A stretch of DNA of 64,000 bases from Gammaproteobacteria bacterium (GTDB lineage: Bacteria > Pseudomonadota > Gammaproteobacteria > Steroidobacterales > Steroidobacteraceae), in NCBI GenBank assembly GCA_024642505.1, contig JAHEAZ010000005.1:7123-71122 (forward strand). The letters run 5' to 3'. Under the pieces are notes generated by a model. The model made no database searches and was not told the DNA's origin. It saw nothing but the letters and a program-made list of their open reading frames with translations. This document shows, piece by piece, positions 49,927 through 58,880 of the stretch. The number at the start of each line of letters is the position of its first letter. Position 1 is the stretch's first letter. The translations under genes and the position numbers were made by a program.

Positions 49927-50955
49927 ACGAATCGATCGGGAGGCCCCGTGCGGGGTCAGGAATCGCAACAGGGTCACCATGGCCAGCACGGTCAGCGCCG
50001 CGCCAGCGTTGTGGGCCGTGCCCAGCCACAGCGGCCATCCCTGCCAGATGAGATTCATGCCAATTAGCAGCTGTACCGTGACCGCCGCCAGGACCCATAC
50101 GGCCGCGGCTCGCAGGGGGAAGGTCTGGGCCCGGCGACGGGCGGCGATTCCCAGCGTCAGCAAGACGATGCCAACCGCGTACGCCCCGAGGCGATGTGCA
50201 TAGTGAATCGCTACCCGGGCCGGTGCGTCGAGCACCCCGCCTTCATAGTCGATACCTAGCCCCCGCCAGAGCACGAAGGCGTTTCCAAAATCCATCTGTG
50301 GCCACCACGACTCCTGGCACCGGGGAAAGTCCGTGCAGGCGGCGGCTGCGTAATTGGTGCTGGTCCAGCCGCCAAGGGCGACCTGGCACACGACCAGGAC
50401 CATGGCGACGACCGCGAGCCGCCTGACCTTGCGTTCCGCGGCCTTGATCTCACGATGCTCCGGCGCCAGTGCCATCCACCACAACAGCGATAACGTGGTG
50501 AGACCGCCCAGAAGGTGAAGCGTCACGATCAGTGGCTTGAGCAGCAGCGTTACCGTCCACATTCCCAGCAGGCCCTGCAGCAAAACGGTCGCGAGCAGGA
50601 TCCAGGGCAGCACCTTGGGTTGCCCGGGATCGCGGCGGTTCCAGACCGAAAAGACAGCCAGCGCAATGATCAGCAGGCCGAGCGTGCTCGCGATGTAGCG
50701 ATGCACCATCTCGTTCAGTGCCTTCTGATAGTCGAATGGCCGGCCCGGATTTGCGGCGTTGACGGCGTCCAACTGGCCGGCGACCTGTGCCGGGTGAGCG
50801 TGCCCGTAACAGCCAGGCCAGTCGGGGCATCCAAGGCCGGCGTCGGTCAGGCGAACCCAGGCGCCCACCACTACGACGATCAGGCCCAGTGCGGCGGCCA
50901 TGCGGGCCATCCAGCGAAACCACCGCAATCTGTTATTTATCTGGAACATGTGCAT
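49915..50955 (-). CDS. ctaA: haem A synthase (COX15/CtaA)
   Basis: 346 aa with 8 hydrophobic segments. TDAGLGCPDWPGCYG and paired His-containing helices (VHRYIA, IHYAHRLGA). Confidence 0.85.
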   Translation of the reverse strand: MHMFQINNRLRWFRWMARMAAALGLIVVVVGAWVRLTDAGLGCPDWPGCYGHAHPAQVAGQLDAVNAANPGRPFDYQKALNEMVHRYIASTLGLLIIALAVFSVWNRRDPGQPKVLPWILLATVLLQGLLGMWTVTLLLKPLIVTLHLLGGLTTLSLLWWMALAPEHREIKAAERKVRRLAVVAMVLVVCQVALGGWTSTNYAAAACTDFPRCQESWWPQMDFGNAFVLWRGLGIDYEGGVLDAPARVAIHYAHRLGAYAVGIVLLTLGIAARRRAQTFPLRAAAVWVLAAVTVQLLIGMNLIWQGWPLWLGTAHNAGAALTVLAMVTLLRFLTPHGASRSIRSKL

Positions 50956-50982
50956 CCCTCCGGCCTGCGCGCGCGCGGGCGG

Positions 50983-51588
50983 TCAGCCGATGTGCGAGAG
51001 CTTCAGCAATCGCTCTAGGTCGCTCAGAATGGCCTTCGGTGCCGTGTCCTGCGGGTAGCTCATCATGAGGTTACCAAGGGGGTCGACGACATAGAGTCTT
51101 CCCGCAGCGATCGCAGAATCCCCCCCGGGAAACGAGGCAATCAGCTGTGCGCCCGCGGGGCTGTCGATGCTGGCGACGGCCAGGTCGCGATGCTCGCGCG
51201 CGAGGTAGTCCGCGGCGGCCAGGGGCCCCGCGTAAAGGAAGACCCGGCTCACCCGGTCGAGATCCTTGTCGAGCGCAAGCCTGACCTGCCTGCTCTTGAC
51301 CAGCGAGTCGCGACAAGGCTGGTTGCAATCGCCAGCCCCCAGGTACACGAGGTGCCAGTCGCCTCGCAGCAGTTCGGGTCCCGCCAGCGATCCGTCGGCC
51401 AGCGCGAGTGCCGCCTCCGGCAGCGGCCTGGCGGGATCAATGAGCTCGCCATGCTGTGCGGTGCCGGCCGGTCGCCAGCTGGTGCCGTAGTAGAGATAGA
51501 ACGAAAGTGCCAGTGGCACGAAGAAGATTGCGGCCAGCCCGATCAGTCGCAGCCGCGAGTGTCGTACCAAGGCCCGGGGTAGATTCAC
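50983..51588 (-). CDS. membrane-anchored thioredoxin-fold, SCO1/SenC-like protein (C-x3-C)
   Basis: Start set to GTG 51588, which forms a GTGA overlap with the SURF1 stop. TM anchor LIGLAAIFFVPLALSFYLYY. WHLVYLGAGDCNQPC. LYVVDPLGNLMMSY. Confidence 0.5.
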   Translation of the reverse strand: MNLPRALVRHSRLRLIGLAAIFFVPLALSFYLYYGTSWRPAGTAQHGELIDPARPLPEAALALADGSLAGPELLRGDWHLVYLGAGDCNQPCRDSLVKSRQVRLALDKDLDRVSRVFLYAGPLAAADYLAREHRDLAVASIDSPAGAQLIASFPGGDSAIAAGRLYVVDPLGNLMMSYPQDTAPKAILSDLERLLKLSHIG

Positions 51589-52361
51589 GGCGGGGACTCC
51601 CTGGTCTTGAAGCTGAGCACGATCCAGGTCACGAGCACCGTCGCGGCCAGCCCAAACCACTGCACCGCGTAGCCGATGTGCTGATCGGGCGCCATGCCAG
51701 GCGGGTGCCAGTCGCGCAGGTAGCCGTCAGGCTGATCGGCGTCGAGCAGAACGACCTGCGGATAGAGCCGGGCGTCGAGCGTGCCGGCGATCTCGCTCAT
51801 TTCAGGAAAGCTGATCCATCGCGGCCAGCCGCTCGCCGGCGGTGCCACAAGCGAGACCGCGGCCCGCGGCAGGCTGTCGGCGCGACCGGTCACGGCGCGC
51901 TGCGCGTCACTGACCGAGAGATCCGGCAGGTCAGTCCGGCGGCCGGACAGCGGGACGAATCCCCGGTCCACCAGCACGACCCGCAGGTCGTACTGCACCA
52001 GCGGCGTAAGGACGTGAAATCCCGCTACACCCTCGTGGGTCATGTTGTCGAGCAGGAACTGTCGTGAGGAATCGTAATGGCCGCGGGCCGTGACTCGCCG
52101 GTATCGCTCTAGCGGCCCGTAGTCATCAGGCAGGGGGACGGCTTCGGCCGTACCCGCGGCGAAGCCCTCGAACAGGACGCGCTTTTCCTCGGCGCGCCCA
52201 AGTTGCCAGCGTCCGAGCGAGATGAACAAGGCAATGCCGAGTAACGCCAGCAGCGTCCAGTGCAGTGCCGGCGCGAAGCGGCGGTTGGCCGGCGTGAGCG
52301 CCACGTTATACTCCGACACCCGCGGCGGCGCATCGCGCCTGCCGGTCGTGGCGGAGTTCAT
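51585..52361 (-). CDS. SURF1-family cytochrome oxidase assembly protein
   Basis: TM segment, then LGRWQLGRAEEKRVLF, VLVDRGFVP, and a C-terminal TM segment YAVQWFGLAA. Confidence 0.85.
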   Translation of the reverse strand: MNSATTGRRDAPPRVSEYNVALTPANRRFAPALHWTLLALLGIALFISLGRWQLGRAEEKRVLFEGFAAGTAEAVPLPDDYGPLERYRRVTARGHYDSSRQFLLDNMTHEGVAGFHVLTPLVQYDLRVVLVDRGFVPLSGRRTDLPDLSVSDAQRAVTGRADSLPRAAVSLVAPPASGWPRWISFPEMSEIAGTLDARLYPQVVLLDADQPDGYLRDWHPPGMAPDQHIGYAVQWFGLAATVLVTWIVLSFKTRESPP

Positions 52362-52363
52362 TC

Positions 52364-52579
52364 GTGCAACCCTTCAAGCTGCTGGTCGTCATCATCCTGC
52401 TGGGCATTGTTGCGAGCCTCGGTTCCGCCCTGTTTCACCTGGTACACGACCGCAAGGGCGAGACCAAGAGCATGGTACGGGCGTTGACAGTGCGAATCAG
52501 CCTGTCGGTCGCCCTGTTTGTCCTGTTGTTCATCGCCTGGGCAGCCGGCTGGATCCAGCCACATGGCCTCAGGCCCTGA
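52364..52579 (+). CDS. DUF2909 small two-TM protein commonly found in cox clusters
   Basis: 71 aa with two hydrophobic helices (KLLVVIILLGIVASLGSALFHL, RISLSVALFVLLFIAWAAGWI). GTG start only 2 nt from the divergent SURF1 ATG. Confidence 0.65.
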   Translation: MQPFKLLVVIILLGIVASLGSALFHLVHDRKGETKSMVRALTVRISLSVALFVLLFIAWAAGWIQPHGLRP

Positions 52580-52606
52580 ACGATTCGTGCCTGCCGCGGG
52601 TCTGGA

Positions 52607-53176
52607 CTAGCGGGTTTCTTCCGGCAAGGCATAAACCGCGGGCAGGTTTCGCCACGCGCCGTCCACGTCCATGCCGAAACCGAACACGAACCGGTTCGGG
52701 ACGCTGACACCCACGTAGTCGGCCTCGATGGCTGGCGGTTCGCCGCGGTCCTTGCGCGCGAAGGCCGCGATCCGCACCGTTCCGGCGCCGCGCGCGAGCA
52801 GCGCCTCCTTGACCACGGCGAGTGTGCGGCCCTCATCCAGGATGTCGTCGAGGAGCAGCACGGTGCGGCCGCGCACGTCCACGTGCGGGCCGGCGATCCA
52901 TTCGAGCTCGCCACCGTGGGTGAGGCGTCCGTAGCGACGGACGTGGATGTAGTCGCAGTGGAGCGGAAAGGCGAGCCGCGTCAGCAACTGGCCAGCAAAA
53001 ACCAGCCCGCCATTCATGATGGCGATCGCCAGCGGCAGCGCGCCGGCAAGGTCCATGGCGATTTCACGGGCCATGCGGTCCAGGGCCCGGTCGATTTCCT
53101 CGCCGGAAATCACCAGTGTGGAGCCGGGCGGCACCTCTGCGGCGAGACCGTCACGATCAGTCGAGGGCTGGTTCAT
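52607..53176 (-). CDS. hpt: hypoxanthine(-guanine) phosphoribosyltransferase
   Basis: 189 aa. PRPP-binding motif VLLLDDILDEGRTL. C-terminal FVFGFGMDVDGAWRNLP. Confidence 0.85.
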   Translation of the reverse strand: MNQPSTDRDGLAAEVPPGSTLVISGEEIDRALDRMAREIAMDLAGALPLAIAIMNGGLVFAGQLLTRLAFPLHCDYIHVRRYGRLTHGGELEWIAGPHVDVRGRTVLLLDDILDEGRTLAVVKEALLARGAGTVRIAAFARKDRGEPPAIEADYVGVSVPNRFVFGFGMDVDGAWRNLPAVYALPEETR

Positions 53177-53240
53177 GCAGCGATTTTACGCCCTGCGCAC
53201 CACCACCGCCGCGCAATTGACCGTGGCTGGGCGGCACGAT

Positions 53241-53858
53241 TCAGCCGATGTGGCTCTCGATCCGCTCAAACAGGTCGACGCGATCGACGAGGTCCGTCAG
53301 GTAGTCAAGCTTGTCGGTTTCCAGGACCAGCGCCGGAGACAAGTCGTAGCGCGCGAACCAGTCTTCGTACAGACGGTTCAGCCGGCTCAGGTACGCGGCC
53401 GGGATGTCCTGCTCGAACGACCGGCCGCGCGCGCGTATTCGCTGCCTGAGGGTCCGCACCGGACAACGCAGCTGGATCATCAGGTCGGGCGGCCGCAGCG
53501 CACGGCCAATGCTCTGGTACAGCTCCCAGTAGGTCTCGAAGTCGCGTTTTTCTATCAGCCGCTGGCGGTAGAGATTGCGGGCGAAGATCTCGGCATCCTC
53601 GTAGATGGTCCGGTCCTGGATTACGGCACCGGGCTCGTCCTGCAGGGTCAGGTGCAAGCGGAACTTGTGGGTCAGGAAGAACAGCTGGGAGCGGTAGGCC
53701 CAGGTCTTCATGTCCGCGTAGAAGTCGGCCAGGTAGGGGTTCTGGTCGTTCGGCTCGTAGAATGGCTTGAGCCCATAGCGGCGGCACAGGAATTCCGTCA
53801 GCTCGGTCTTGCCCGCGCCGATGTTTCCCGCGATTGCAATGAACTTCTTGCCGGCCAC
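53241..53858 (-). CDS. deoxynucleoside kinase family protein
   Basis: P-loop IAGNIGAGKT, EPN..NPYL, DRTIYEDAEIFA, and the Arg-rich lid LRQRIRARGRSFE. Confidence 0.85.
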   Translation of the reverse strand: MAGKKFIAIAGNIGAGKTELTEFLCRRYGLKPFYEPNDQNPYLADFYADMKTWAYRSQLFFLTHKFRLHLTLQDEPGAVIQDRTIYEDAEIFARNLYRQRLIEKRDFETYWELYQSIGRALRPPDLMIQLRCPVRTLRQRIRARGRSFEQDIPAAYLSRLNRLYEDWFARYDLSPALVLETDKLDYLTDLVDRVDLFERIESHIG

Positions 53859-53914
53859 GGCGGCAGTCTAGCGGTGTCTTGCCGGTGCCGAAAACGCGGT
53901 TCCGGCGGGCCGAG

Positions 53915-54811
53915 CTACAGCCAGTATACGAACACGAACAAGCCGAGCCAGACTACGTCGACGAAGTGCCAGTACCAGGCCACGCCCTCGAAGGCGAAAT
54001 GACGCTCCGGCGTGAAGTGGCCCCTCAGGCACCTGAACCAGATGATCAGCAGCATGATGGCGCCTACGGTAACGTGCAGGCCGTGGAATCCGGTCAGCAT
54101 GAAGAAGGTCGAGCCGTAAACGCCGGTGCCAAGCTGCAGGCCGAGCTCGGTCCAGGCATGGTGGTACTCGTAGGCCTGTACCCCCAGAAAGGTGAAGCCC
54201 AGGATGAAGGTCAGTGCGAGGAACAGGTTGAGGATTCCGCGCTTGCCATCCTTGAGCGCGTGATGCGCGATGGTCAGCGTGACGCCAGAGGTCAGCAGCA
54301 AGGCGGTATTGATTGCCGGCAACCCCCAGGCATGCATGACCTCGAATTCGCCGCCCGCGTTGGGGCCAAGCCGATCGGGTCCACTGCCACCGAAGGGCCA
54401 GATGCCCTCGAAGCCCGGATGTAGCAGCGCCGTGACGCCCTTGGCGCCGTCACCGCCGAGCCATGGCAGCGACAGCTGCCTGGCGTAGAACAGTGCGCCG
54501 AAGAATGCGGCGAAGAACATCACTTCTGAAAAAATGAACCACATCATCCCCATGCGGAACGAGCGGTCCACCTGCATGTTGTAGATGCCCGCCTGGTTCT
54601 CGGCGATCACGGTGCCGAACCAGCGGTAGAAGAGCGTGAATAGCAGGGCCAGCCCGGCGATCAGCACCCAGCCGCCACCGGTCACGTGGGAGAGAAACAG
54701 CGCGGCGCCGATCATCAGGACCAGCAGTGCCACCGATCCAAAGAACGGCAGCGTGCTGCCGTGCGGAATGTAGTACTTGTGCGGGTCGTGTGCGTGAGCG
54801 GCATGTGCCAT
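53915..54811 (-). CDS. coxC: cytochrome c oxidase subunit III
   Basis: 298 aa with 7 TM segments. FFGALFYARQ, GFHGLHVTVG, WYWHFVDVVWLGLFVFVYW. Confidence 0.92.
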   Translation of the reverse strand: MAHAAHAHDPHKYYIPHGSTLPFFGSVALLVLMIGAALFLSHVTGGGWVLIAGLALLFTLFYRWFGTVIAENQAGIYNMQVDRSFRMGMMWFIFSEVMFFAAFFGALFYARQLSLPWLGGDGAKGVTALLHPGFEGIWPFGGSGPDRLGPNAGGEFEVMHAWGLPAINTALLLTSGVTLTIAHHALKDGKRGILNLFLALTFILGFTFLGVQAYEYHHAWTELGLQLGTGVYGSTFFMLTGFHGLHVTVGAIMLLIIWFRCLRGHFTPERHFAFEGVAWYWHFVDVVWLGLFVFVYWL

Positions 54812-54852
54812 CGGTGAGTTCCCCGTTCAGGCGGCGCGCGGCCGCCGTGTTT

Positions 54853-55422
54853 TCAGCTATTGTTGCCTGGCGACTGCTGCGCCAGTCGCGCGGTGTCGAA
54901 AAATGAATAGGACAGCGTCAGCCGGTCAACGCTCGCGGGCAGCTCGCGATCGACGATGAAACGCACCGGCATCTCCTTGACCTCGCCCTCGGCGAAGGGC
55001 TGCGGCGTAAAGCAGAAGCACTCGGTCTTCTGGAAGTAGCGCGCCGCGCGGCCGGGTGAGATGCTCGGCACAGCCTGGCCGACGATCGCGTGTCCGCTCA
55101 GGTTACGCGCATGGAAGGTGGCCTCGTAGAGCTTTCCGGGGTGTACTTCCATGCTGCCAACGTTGGGGTGGAACTCCCACTCGCCCGAACCCGGAGTCGA
55201 TGAAACGAACTCCACGACGATACTGCGGTTCATGTCGGGCCCCGCGACCCCGACGGTTGCCGCCTGCAGCAGGCGCTCCCTGGAGCCAATGCCGGTCACC
55301 TCGCAGAATACGTCGTAGAGTGGGACCAGCGCATAGCCGAAGGCAAAGCTGCCCGCCACCATCAGCAGCAGGCGGCCGGCGAGGCCGAGGTTGTCGCGCT
55401 TGCGTTGCTGCTTGCTGGTCAC
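54853..55422 (-). CDS. ctaG: cytochrome c oxidase assembly protein CtaG/Cox11
   Basis: TM anchor, VPLYDVFCEVTG, and the Cu-binding CFCF motif (KTECFCFTPQ). Confidence 0.9.
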   Translation of the reverse strand: MTSKQQRKRDNLGLAGRLLLMVAGSFAFGYALVPLYDVFCEVTGIGSRERLLQAATVGVAGPDMNRSIVVEFVSSTPGSGEWEFHPNVGSMEVHPGKLYEATFHARNLSGHAIVGQAVPSISPGRAARYFQKTECFCFTPQPFAEGEVKEMPVRFIVDRELPASVDRLTLSYSFFDTARLAQQSPGNNS

Positions 55423-55426
55423 GGGG

Positions 55427-55558
55427 TCAGCCTGCTCCCAGGCCCTTCACGATGAAGAATGTCACGTAGACTGCAACGGCGACGATCCCGAGCACGATTG
55501 CAAGGCGGGCGTTCCGCCTGCGCAGCGCGGGATCCTCCTGTGGGGCCGGGGTGGTCAT
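55427..55558 (-). CDS. unlisted 43-aa single-TM protein between coxA and ctaG (small cytochrome-oxidase-associated protein)
   Basis: My own translation: MTTPAPQEDPALRRRNARLAIVLGIVAVAVYVTFFIVKGLGAG. The ATG is 4 nt after the coxA stop and the stop is 4 nt before the ctaG GTG. Below the ORF-track cutoff. Confidence 0.55.
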   Translation of the reverse strand: MTTPAPQEDPALRRRNARLAIVLGIVAVAVYVTFFIVKGLGAG

Positions 55559-55562
55559 CGCC

Positions 55563-57143
55563 TCACTTCACCTCGGGTGCGGTGTCGAAGGTGTGGTACG
55601 GCGCCGGCGAAGGCACTGTCCACTCCAGGCCAGGCGGGTTATCCCATACCTCGGCCGTGGCCTTCTGGCCGCCGCGCGCGGCCTTGATGATGATGTAGAC
55701 GAACAGCAGCTGCGACAGGCCGAAACCGAAACCGCCAATCGAGGACACCATGTTCCAGTCCGCAAACTGCGTGGCGTAGTCCGGGATGCGCCGCGGCATT
55801 CCGGCCAGACCCAGGAAGTGCTGCGGGAAGAACAGTACGTTGACGAAGATGGTCGACATCCAGAAATGGAAGTTCGCCAGCTTCATGTCGTACATGTGGC
55901 CGGTCCACTTGGGCAGCCAGTAGTAGACGGCGGCCATGATCGCGAACACCGCGCCCGGCACCAGCACGTAGTGGAAATGCGCCACCACGAAGTAGGTGTC
56001 GTGGTATTGGAAATCCGCCGGCGCGATGGCCAGCATCAGGCCGGAAAAACCACCGATCGTGAACAGGAACAGGAACGCGATCGCGAACAGCATTGGCGGT
56101 TCGAAGCTGATGGAGCCACGCCACATCGTGGCGGTCCAGTTGAACACCTTCACGCCGGTCGGGATCGCGATCAGCATCGTGGACAGCGTAAAGAACATCT
56201 GCCCGGCCAGCGGCATGCCGACGGTGAACATGTGATGCGCCCAGACGATGAACGAGAGGAAGGCGATCGAGGCGATGGCATAGACCATGGCCTCGTAGCC
56301 GAAAATCGGCTTGCGCGAGAAGGTCTGCAGGATCTCGGACACGATGCCGAAGGCCGGCAGGATCATGATGTAGACCTCGGGGTGCCCGAAGAACCAGAAC
56401 ACGTGCTGGAACAGCACCGGATCGCCACCACCCGCCGGGTTGAAGAAGCTGGTGGCGAAGAAGTGGTCGGTCAGCAGCATGGTCACGCCACCGGCGAGCA
56501 CCGGCATCACTGCGATCAGCAGGTAGGCCGTGATCAGCCACGACCACGAGAACAGCGGCATCTTCAGCAGAGACATGCCTGGCGCGCGCATGTTCATGAT
56601 GGTCACGATGACGTTGATGGAGCCCATGATCGACGACGCGCCCATCAAGTGAATTGCAAAAACCGCCACCGGGAAGGCGTTGCCGGTCTGCAGCACCAGC
56701 GGCGGATAGAGGGTCCATCCCGAGGCGGGTGCGCCGCCCGGCAGGAACAGCGTGGACAGCAGCAGCATGAATGCGAAGAACAGCAGCCAGAAGCTGAACA
56801 GGTTCATGCGTGGCAGCGCCATGTCGGGCGCGCCGATCTGCATCGGAATCATCCAGTTGGCGAGGCCGACGGTAGCCGGCATGACGGCGCCGAAGACCAT
56901 GACCAGCGCATGCATGGTCGTCATCTGGTTGAAGAAGCCCGGGTCGACGAACTGCAACCCCGGCTGGAACAGCTCTGCCCTGATGACCATCGCGAACAAG
57001 CCGCCGATCAGGAACATTGCCAGCGAGAACACCAGGTACATCGTGCCGATGTCCTTGTGATTCGTGGTTGTCAGCCAGCGCGTGATGCCCTGTGGCTTGT
57101 CGTCGTGGTGTGCGTGGTCTGCCGTGTGCTCGTGGTGTGCCAT
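55563..57143 (-). CDS. coxA: cytochrome c oxidase subunit I (aa3-type)
   Basis: 526 aa. [45 protein letters not shown]. Confidence 0.95.
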   Translation of the reverse strand: MAHHEHTADHAHHDDKPQGITRWLTTTNHKDIGTMYLVFSLAMFLIGGLFAMVIRAELFQPGLQFVDPGFFNQMTTMHALVMVFGAVMPATVGLANWMIPMQIGAPDMALPRMNLFSFWLLFFAFMLLLSTLFLPGGAPASGWTLYPPLVLQTGNAFPVAVFAIHLMGASSIMGSINVIVTIMNMRAPGMSLLKMPLFSWSWLITAYLLIAVMPVLAGGVTMLLTDHFFATSFFNPAGGGDPVLFQHVFWFFGHPEVYIMILPAFGIVSEILQTFSRKPIFGYEAMVYAIASIAFLSFIVWAHHMFTVGMPLAGQMFFTLSTMLIAIPTGVKVFNWTATMWRGSISFEPPMLFAIAFLFLFTIGGFSGLMLAIAPADFQYHDTYFVVAHFHYVLVPGAVFAIMAAVYYWLPKWTGHMYDMKLANFHFWMSTIFVNVLFFPQHFLGLAGMPRRIPDYATQFADWNMVSSIGGFGFGLSQLLFVYIIIKAARGGQKATAEVWDNPPGLEWTVPSPAPYHTFDTAPEVK

Positions 57144-57149
57144 GTCCGG

Positions 57150-58043
57150 TTACTCCGCCTTCGCCAGCGCCACGGCCGCTGCGGCCGCTGATTCAACCGC
57201 GGCGGTGGTTGCCGCGCCCGTCGATGCCTGCTGCCCTGCTGCCTGCTGCTCGGCGAGCCAGGCTTCGAACTCCGCCTTTGGCTTGGCGACGACCACCACC
57301 GGCATGAAGCCATGGTCGCGTCCGCACAGCTCGGCGCATTGCCCGCGATAGGTTCCGGGCTTGTCAGCGTCCACCGAGATCCACATCTCGTTGATGAAGC
57401 CGGGGATCGCGTCACGCTTCATGCCGAAGTCCGGCACCCACCAGGCATGGATGACGTCGTTGGCCGTCAGCAGGATGCGGATCTTGGTGCCGGTCGGGAC
57501 GACCAGCGGCTTGTCGACTTCAAGCAGGTAGTTCTCGACATCCGCCGGGTTCCTGCCCGAACCCAGCTGCCGGGTCTCGTTGCTGGTCTGCGCCAGGCGG
57601 CTGTAGAACGATACCCCGGTGTCCAGGTATTCGTACTGCCAGAACCACTGGTAGCCGGTGACCTTGATGGTGAGTCCGGAATTGGTCGTGTCTTCGATCT
57701 TGATCAGCGTTTCGACCGACGGAATCGCCATGCCGATGAGGATGAAGACCGGGACGATTGTCCAGGCAATCTCGAGCTTGGTGCTGTGGAGAAAACTCGT
57801 GTCGGCCACGGCGCCTTTCGACTTACGGAACTTCACCATGGCATAGATCATTGCGCCGAAGGTAAACACCGCAATCACGACGCAGACCCAGAGGATCAGG
57901 GTGTGCAGCCCGTAAATGTCGCGCGACAGCTCGCTGACGCCCCTGGGCATGTTCAGCAGGCTCCAGTCGGCCCGCGCCGGCAGGCTTGCCGCTGCGGCGA
58001 ACGCGCCGGTCAGCGCTGCAAGCATCTTCTTCGAGTTGGCCAT
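57150..58043 (-). CDS. coxB: cytochrome c oxidase subunit II (CuA, no fused cytochrome c domain)
   Basis: Signal peptide plus 2 TM segments. DVIHAWWVPDFG. CuA motif CAELCGRDHGFM. No CXXCH. Ala/Gln-rich C-terminal tail. Confidence 0.93.
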   Translation of the reverse strand: MANSKKMLAALTGAFAAAASLPARADWSLLNMPRGVSELSRDIYGLHTLILWVCVVIAVFTFGAMIYAMVKFRKSKGAVADTSFLHSTKLEIAWTIVPVFILIGMAIPSVETLIKIEDTTNSGLTIKVTGYQWFWQYEYLDTGVSFYSRLAQTSNETRQLGSGRNPADVENYLLEVDKPLVVPTGTKIRILLTANDVIHAWWVPDFGMKRDAIPGFINEMWISVDADKPGTYRGQCAELCGRDHGFMPVVVVAKPKAEFEAWLAEQQAAGQQASTGAATTAAVESAAAAAVALAKAE

Positions 58044-58078
58044 GGACGCCCCTACTCCTTAGAAATCCTGTATCCGGG

Positions 58079-58615
58079 TCACGGGTTCAGTGCGGCTTGC
58101 AGCCGCGGTGATTCGTTCACCATGCCGACCACGCGCTGCAGTCTGGTGTGCAGGCTGCGCCGTTCCTCCTCCGTCAGCAACCCGCCGACTTCGCAGGCGC
58201 GGCCATGCGATTCAATCACCAGGCGGCTCGGATGCCAGCCCCGCGCGCGGACCAGGCGCGGACTCGCCCAGTGCCGCGGGAAGGCCATCGAGCGAGCGCC
58301 GCAAGAGTCGCGCGTCACTATCCTCACTTCGTCCTCGGTCAGCGTGATCGTCTGGGTGCAGCGGCGCCGCCGGAGCGACAGGTTCAGCGCCCAGCCGAGC
58401 ACGGCCATCTCGAGCCCCGCGAAGGGAAGCACCGGCCACAGGCCCTGTGCCGCGAAATAACCGGCGACCGTAAACGACACGAAACAGAGGGACGCGAAAA
58501 AGCCGAAAGCCTGAGCCGGCGTCAGTGAGCAGTTAGGCACGAGTTCGATTGCCAGGCCGTGGCGTATATCGTCCCCGGCCGTTTCACCCATCACGGCTCG
58601 CAGTTCCTCGGTCAT
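58079..58615 (-). CDS. DUF2244 membrane protein (cox-cluster associated)
   Basis: Start trimmed to ATG 58615. Two TM segments (FFASLCFVSFTVAGYFAAQGLWPVLPFAGLEMAVLGWAL), then a soluble C-terminus. Immediately upstream of coxB. Confidence 0.6.
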   Translation of the reverse strand: MTEELRAVMGETAGDDIRHGLAIELVPNCSLTPAQAFGFFASLCFVSFTVAGYFAAQGLWPVLPFAGLEMAVLGWALNLSLRRRRCTQTITLTEDEVRIVTRDSCGARSMAFPRHWASPRLVRARGWHPSRLVIESHGRACEVGGLLTEEERRSLHTRLQRVVGMVNESPRLQAALNP

Positions 58616-58776
58616 CGTGAAGCCCGCGCATCGTAAGGGAGGAAACTTTGCCTCGCAACACGAAAAATTCCAGCCAGTACCGAAGGATAGGCGGCTAACA
58701 GGCGCCTTCTCGCAGCTTTGCGCGTGGGAGGATTCAGGCCCCGAAGCCAGAAACATGTATTAGAGTTCGCTAATTA

Positions 58777-58880
58777 GAAGCAGGGACTTTCCTGTTGCCC
58801 CTCCTTTCGCCAGCGCTGGGGTTACTTGAATCGGGTGGCTGGCAGGTACTGGAAAGGGCAAACAGGAATGTCCCTGCTTC
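58777..58880. repeat. 104-nt nested inverted-repeat element between the hyp operon and the cox operon
   Basis: GAAGCAGGGACTTTCCTGTTGCCC (58777-58800) against GGGCAAACAGGAATGTCCCTGCTTC (58856-58880) gives ~22 of 24 complementary positions. The inner pair is GCCAGC (58809-14) / GCTGGC (58838-43). The right arm abuts the hypX stop codon. Confidence 0.6.

Noticed and set aside
58784-58793. GGGACTTTCC, identical to the eukaryotic NF-kappaB consensus, within the left arm of the inverted repeat.
   Set aside because: It is a chance match with no meaning in a bacterial genome. The relevant feature is the inverted-repeat structure itself.
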